Source: Octopus sinensis (Eukaryota). From it: DNA of 12,294 nt. The notes beneath the pieces were generated by a model. It was given only the letters and a program-made list of their open reading frames with translations. It searched no databases and was not told where the DNA came from. Every line of letters starts with the position of its first letter. Position 1 is the first letter of the stretch. Below are positions 8,683 to 12,294 of this stretch, in pieces. The stretch is from positions 1 to 12,294 of the forward strand of contig NW_021826646.1 of NCBI RefSeq assembly GCF_006345805.1, given 5' to 3'. The position numbers and the translations under genes are program-made.

Positions 8683-9035
8683 CACACACATATATACTTG
8701 TGTGTGTGTGTGCATTCAAACAAGTATGTATGTGTATTGTGTATATGTATGTGTCTATATTAATGCATGTATGTATGTATACATATGTATTTATATATTA
8801 TGAAAGAAACGGTGAAAGAATGTGAAAGATTAATCTACACATATACTCTCCATCATATAAATATATAGGTACAGATATGTTTATATATATGCATGAATTA
8901 TATATATATATATGTGTGTGTGTGTCTGTGTCTGTGTGCGTTTGTGTGTATGCGTGTGTATATGCATACAGCCATACCGTATATATGTATATAAATATGT
9001 ATATGTATATGTAATATATGTATTTATATGCACAA

Positions 9036-9083
<48 letters not shown>

Positions 9084-9200
9084 ATATGTGTACATACATG
9101 TACATACATTCATATATTTTTGTATACATATGTCTATCTCAGCGCGCGTGCGTTGTGTGTATGTGCGCATGCGTTCGTGCGTGTGCGTCGAGCAAGGGAG
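8199..9200. repeat. Compound (CA)n, (CT)n, (TA)n and (TG)n microsatellites
   Basis: (AC)n 8199-8232; CT-rich 8379-8548; (TA)n 8575-8680; (TG)n 9038-9082. Confidence 0.96.
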
Positions 9201-9266
9201 AGAAATGATGTGAAGGTTGTGCAGGACATAAATGGCAAGGAAAAGAACCAAATAAACAACAATACC

Positions 9267-9306
<40 letters not shown>

Positions 9307-9330
9307 TAATATCATTATTTTTTATTATTA

Positions 9331-9374
<44 letters not shown>

Positions 9375-9412
9375 GTATATTATCATCATCATCATCATCA
9401 TTATTATTATTA

Positions 9413-9469
<57 letters not shown>

Positions 9470-9482
9470 TATTATTATTATC

Positions 9483-9531
<49 letters not shown>

Positions 9532-9548
9532 TTGTGATGATGATGATA
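9267..9548. repeat. Compound trinucleotide array (AAT)13-(ATT)n-(CAT)n-(TAT)n-(AGT)n-(GAT)n
   Basis: Direct reading. Confidence 0.97.
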
Positions 9549-9589
9549 ATAAAATCATAAAGGAAACAGCACTTTCATTATTATCACCG

Positions 9590-9854
9590 TTACATACATA
9601 TATGCATACATAGCATATATATATGTATATATATGTGTGTGTATGTGTGTGTATATATATACACATATATACATTTAGAAACATATTTACATACATATAC
9701 TCAATATATTATATCTATATCTATATCTATATATATATGCATATATGTGTGTGTCTCTATATATATGTATATATACGTATATATATGCGTATGTATATAT
9801 ATTGTATATATATGTATATATATATATATATATATTTGTGTATATATATATATG

Positions 9855-9885
<31 letters not shown>

Positions 9886-9906
9886 ATATATATATATGTA
9901 TGTAAT

Positions 9907-9963
<57 letters not shown>

Positions 9964-10294
9964 GAGAAAGAGATACATTGTGTGTGTCGTTTTCATAATA
10001 GCAACAACAACAACAATTGAAGCTAGGGAAGTTCTAGATTGAGTTTATGTATAGGGTGATGAAGGTGTCGTTGTTGTTGTTGTCGTCGTTGTTGTTGGTG
10101 GTGGTGGTGGTGATGGTGGTGATGGTGGTGGTTGCGAGAACAACATAACTCAGAAAAAGAGGAAATATACGGAAGGACAAAATGTACTTAATATGAATGG
10201 GCATGTGTATGTGTGTGTGAGTGAGCCGTGTGAGTGAATGAGTGAGTGTCCGTGAGTTTGTGCGTGTGCGTGCGTTTGTGTGTGTGTGTGTGTG

Positions 10295-10327
<33 letters not shown>

Positions 10328-10352
10328 TGTGTGTGTGTGTGTGTTTGTGTTT
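9590..10352. repeat. Compound (TA)n, (GA)n, (CAA)/(GTT)/(GGT)n and (TG)n microsatellites
   Basis: TA-rich 9600-9937; (GA)n 9938-9962; GTT/GGT/GAT 10068-10133; TG-rich 10205-10352. Confidence 0.95.
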
Positions 10353-10451
10353 GGGTGTTATGAAAGGAAAGACTGAAAGCATGGAAGAGAGAAAAATTGA
10401 CATTGAGTTACATTTTCGGTGCGGTGGTGAAGTTGTTCATTGAATGCGGTA

Positions 10452-10479
10452 TTGTAGTAGTATTACTAGTAGTAGTAGC

Positions 10480-10540
<61 letters not shown>

Positions 10541-10598
10541 ACGTAATATTATTACTAGCTGTAGTAGTCTGAATAGTGGTAGTAGTCGTATTAACTGC

Positions 10599-10639
<41 letters not shown>

Positions 10640-10697
10640 CAGCAGCAGCAGCAGTACCAGCAGCAATAATAGTGACAGCGGCTGCATCTGCAGCAGC
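10452..10697. repeat. (AGT)n arrays grading into (GCA)n
   Basis: Direct reading; this is the source of the poly-V, poly-L and poly-Y ORFs. Confidence 0.96.
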
Positions 10698-10699
10698 AA

Positions 10700-10925
10700 T
10701 ATGTTACTGTTTTGTCTCAGATCAGCCTCTGATAAAACAGAGCTTTGATCAAAATACTTTCCATCTGTGACATTCCCTTCATATAAATTTTTGACACACT
10801 ATATCTAGGATTACATGACCTGAAGTGTCCTCTTTCAAATAACGGTATGTTGTGCGATTTTAAGGACATTTGACTACTATTTCTAGCTGGTCGATGGTCT
10901 GCATTGAAACTACCTCATTGGCCTT
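10700..10925 (-). mobile_element. Probable decayed interspersed repeat (short retroposon-like), family D
   Basis: A non-repetitive island, tcagatcagcctctgat..tttgatcaaa..tatatctaggattacat..gtgtcc..ctatttctagctggtcg..ctcattggcc, that resembles an abundant octopus repeat I recall. There is no second copy in the window to confirm it. Confidence 0.45.
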
Positions 10926-11069
10926 AATAGTTAGAACGTTAGTAGAAATGTTAGTTAAGGCAGTAGTATAAGTAGTCGTGATAGTTTTTATAGCAGAGTG
11001 GCGGTTGTAGTGATAGTGGTGGTACTGTTAGTCTTAAATGTTGCATTTTTTAAATCTTTACTTGTATTA

Positions 11070-11228
11070 GTTATTGGACTGCGGCCATGCTGGGCACCGC
11101 CTTGAAGGGCTTACTCGAACAAATCGACCTTAGGACTTAGTTGTCGAACTGTCACGTTGCCGGGATGTAAACTAACCAACACAAATTGCCAAGCGGTGGG
11201 ATGAGGTAAACACAGACATTAACACACA

Positions 11229-11283
<55 letters not shown>

Positions 11284-11472
11284 CGCGCAGACATACACAC
11301 ATGCATATACAACGGTCGTCTTTTCAGTTTCCGTCAGTCAAAATCCACTCACAAATCATTGACCGGCCCGGACTATAGTAGAAGGCACTTACCCGAAGAA
11401 ACACGTAGTGGGACTGAACCCAAGGCTATATGGTTCGGAAGCAAACTTCTTAACCACTCAACCACATCTGTG
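11070..11472 (-). mobile_element. SINE family A, diverged copy A6 with an expanded internal (CA)n
   Basis: gactgcggccatgctgggcaccgcc (tail), aaatcgacc, (CA)n at 11222-11280, ttttcagtttccg..aaatccactcacaa, tatagtagaagg, gtagtgggactgaacc, tggttcggaagcaaac (head). Confidence 0.87.
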
Positions 11473-11494
11473 AATATACATTAGTATTACAGAT

Positions 11495-12294
11495 AAATGT
11501 GATGGTAGTAGTTTCGTGGTAGTTTGGTTGGCATTATTTAGATTATTGTAGTAGCAGAAGGTATGGTATCTGATGATGAGTTTGGTGGTAGTCGGTGCTC
11601 TAATGATGGTTTTGGTAGTAGTACTGGTGATTGATGCAAGGTAGTACTGGTTCAAGTTGTTACTGTAGTGGTGTTAACTGGGGTTACAGTTGGTGGCAGT
11701 TGATGCTGTAGTAGTGGTTATGGTGATAATAACACTAGTGGTTACTGGTGCTATGGTGGTTTTGGTGGTAATACAGTGGTAATGGGTGCAGTTGTAGTAA
11801 AGATGCTAGTTGGTACTCTGATGGTGGTTTTAGCATTGGTGATGGATAAAAGATAGTACTGGTGATTGTTGGAATTGTAGTGGTGGCCGTAGTTTTGTTA
11901 ACACTAGTGGTAGTTGATGCTGTAGTAGTAAAAAACATTGGTGGTTATTAGTGCTATGGTGGTGGTTTTGGTGGTAGTACTAGTGGTAATGAGTGCAATG
12001 GCAACAAGGATGCTAGTTGGTGCGGTGGTGATGGATGATCATAACTGATCTTGTGATGGTGGTTGTAGTGGTGTTTGCAGTTGTGGTAGTTGCGGTTGTG
12101 GTAGTGGTTTGAGTGGATGTTTTGTTGGTAATTATTACTCCAATGGTGCAATGATAGTAACGGCGCTAGTTGGTGTGTTGGTGGTGATTCTCGTGGTGAT
12201 TGTGATGTAGTAGCGGTTTTGGAGGTAGTTGATGTGGTGGTGATGCAAAAGTAGCTTTGGTGGTGGTTGAGGAAATGGCGTTGGTTTGGTGGTG
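11495..12294. repeat. Degenerate GGT/AGT/GAT low-complexity tract containing an imperfect ~207-214 bp duplication
   Basis: agttgatgctgtagtagt at 11698 and 11912; gatgctagttggt at 11802 and 12009, with a variant at ~12162. The tract runs off the window end. Confidence 0.8.

Noticed and set aside
5474-10770. Dozens of ORFs of 60-223 aa ([12 protein letters not shown], poly-L/V/Y/N/S)
   Set aside because: They are translations of microsatellites whose motifs lack stop codons in some frames; there is no coding evidence.
1-12294. CRISPR array, prokaryotic operon or defence system
   Set aside because: No regularly spaced direct repeats with unique spacers and no gene-dense organisation; the sequence is typical animal repeat-rich DNA.

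Overview
Eukaryotic, gene-poor, repeat-dominated DNA with no supportable protein-coding gene. The SINE families and very high microsatellite load look like an Octopus (coleoid cephalopod) genome; this is inferred from recalled repeat sequences, not from a search. Layout: (i) 239-2753, a dense cluster of seven tRNA-derived SINE copies of two families (called A and B here), with a nested insertion, a chimera and a head-to-head inverted pair. (ii) 2760-4020, AT-rich sequence with a possible badly decayed L1/Tx1-type reverse-transcriptase relic. (iii) 4026-4199, a decayed copy of a third SINE family (C). (iv) 4216-5400, a clearly readable but frameshifted RTE-clade LINE ORF2 relic on the minus strand. 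(v) 5420-10700, an almost continuous field of di-, tri- and tetranucleotide microsatellites, which explains nearly all ORFs in the supplied track. (vi) 10700-11475, two more decayed interspersed repeats. (vii) 11495-12294, a degenerate GGT/AGT/GAT low-complexity tract with an imperfect ~210-bp duplication. I found no convincing new biological system. The best leads are a compact hairpin at 1215-1258 whose 5' arm starts with the miR-71 seed, a chimeric SINE, inverted SINE pairs that could form dsRNA for A-to-I editing, and module sharing between SINE families.
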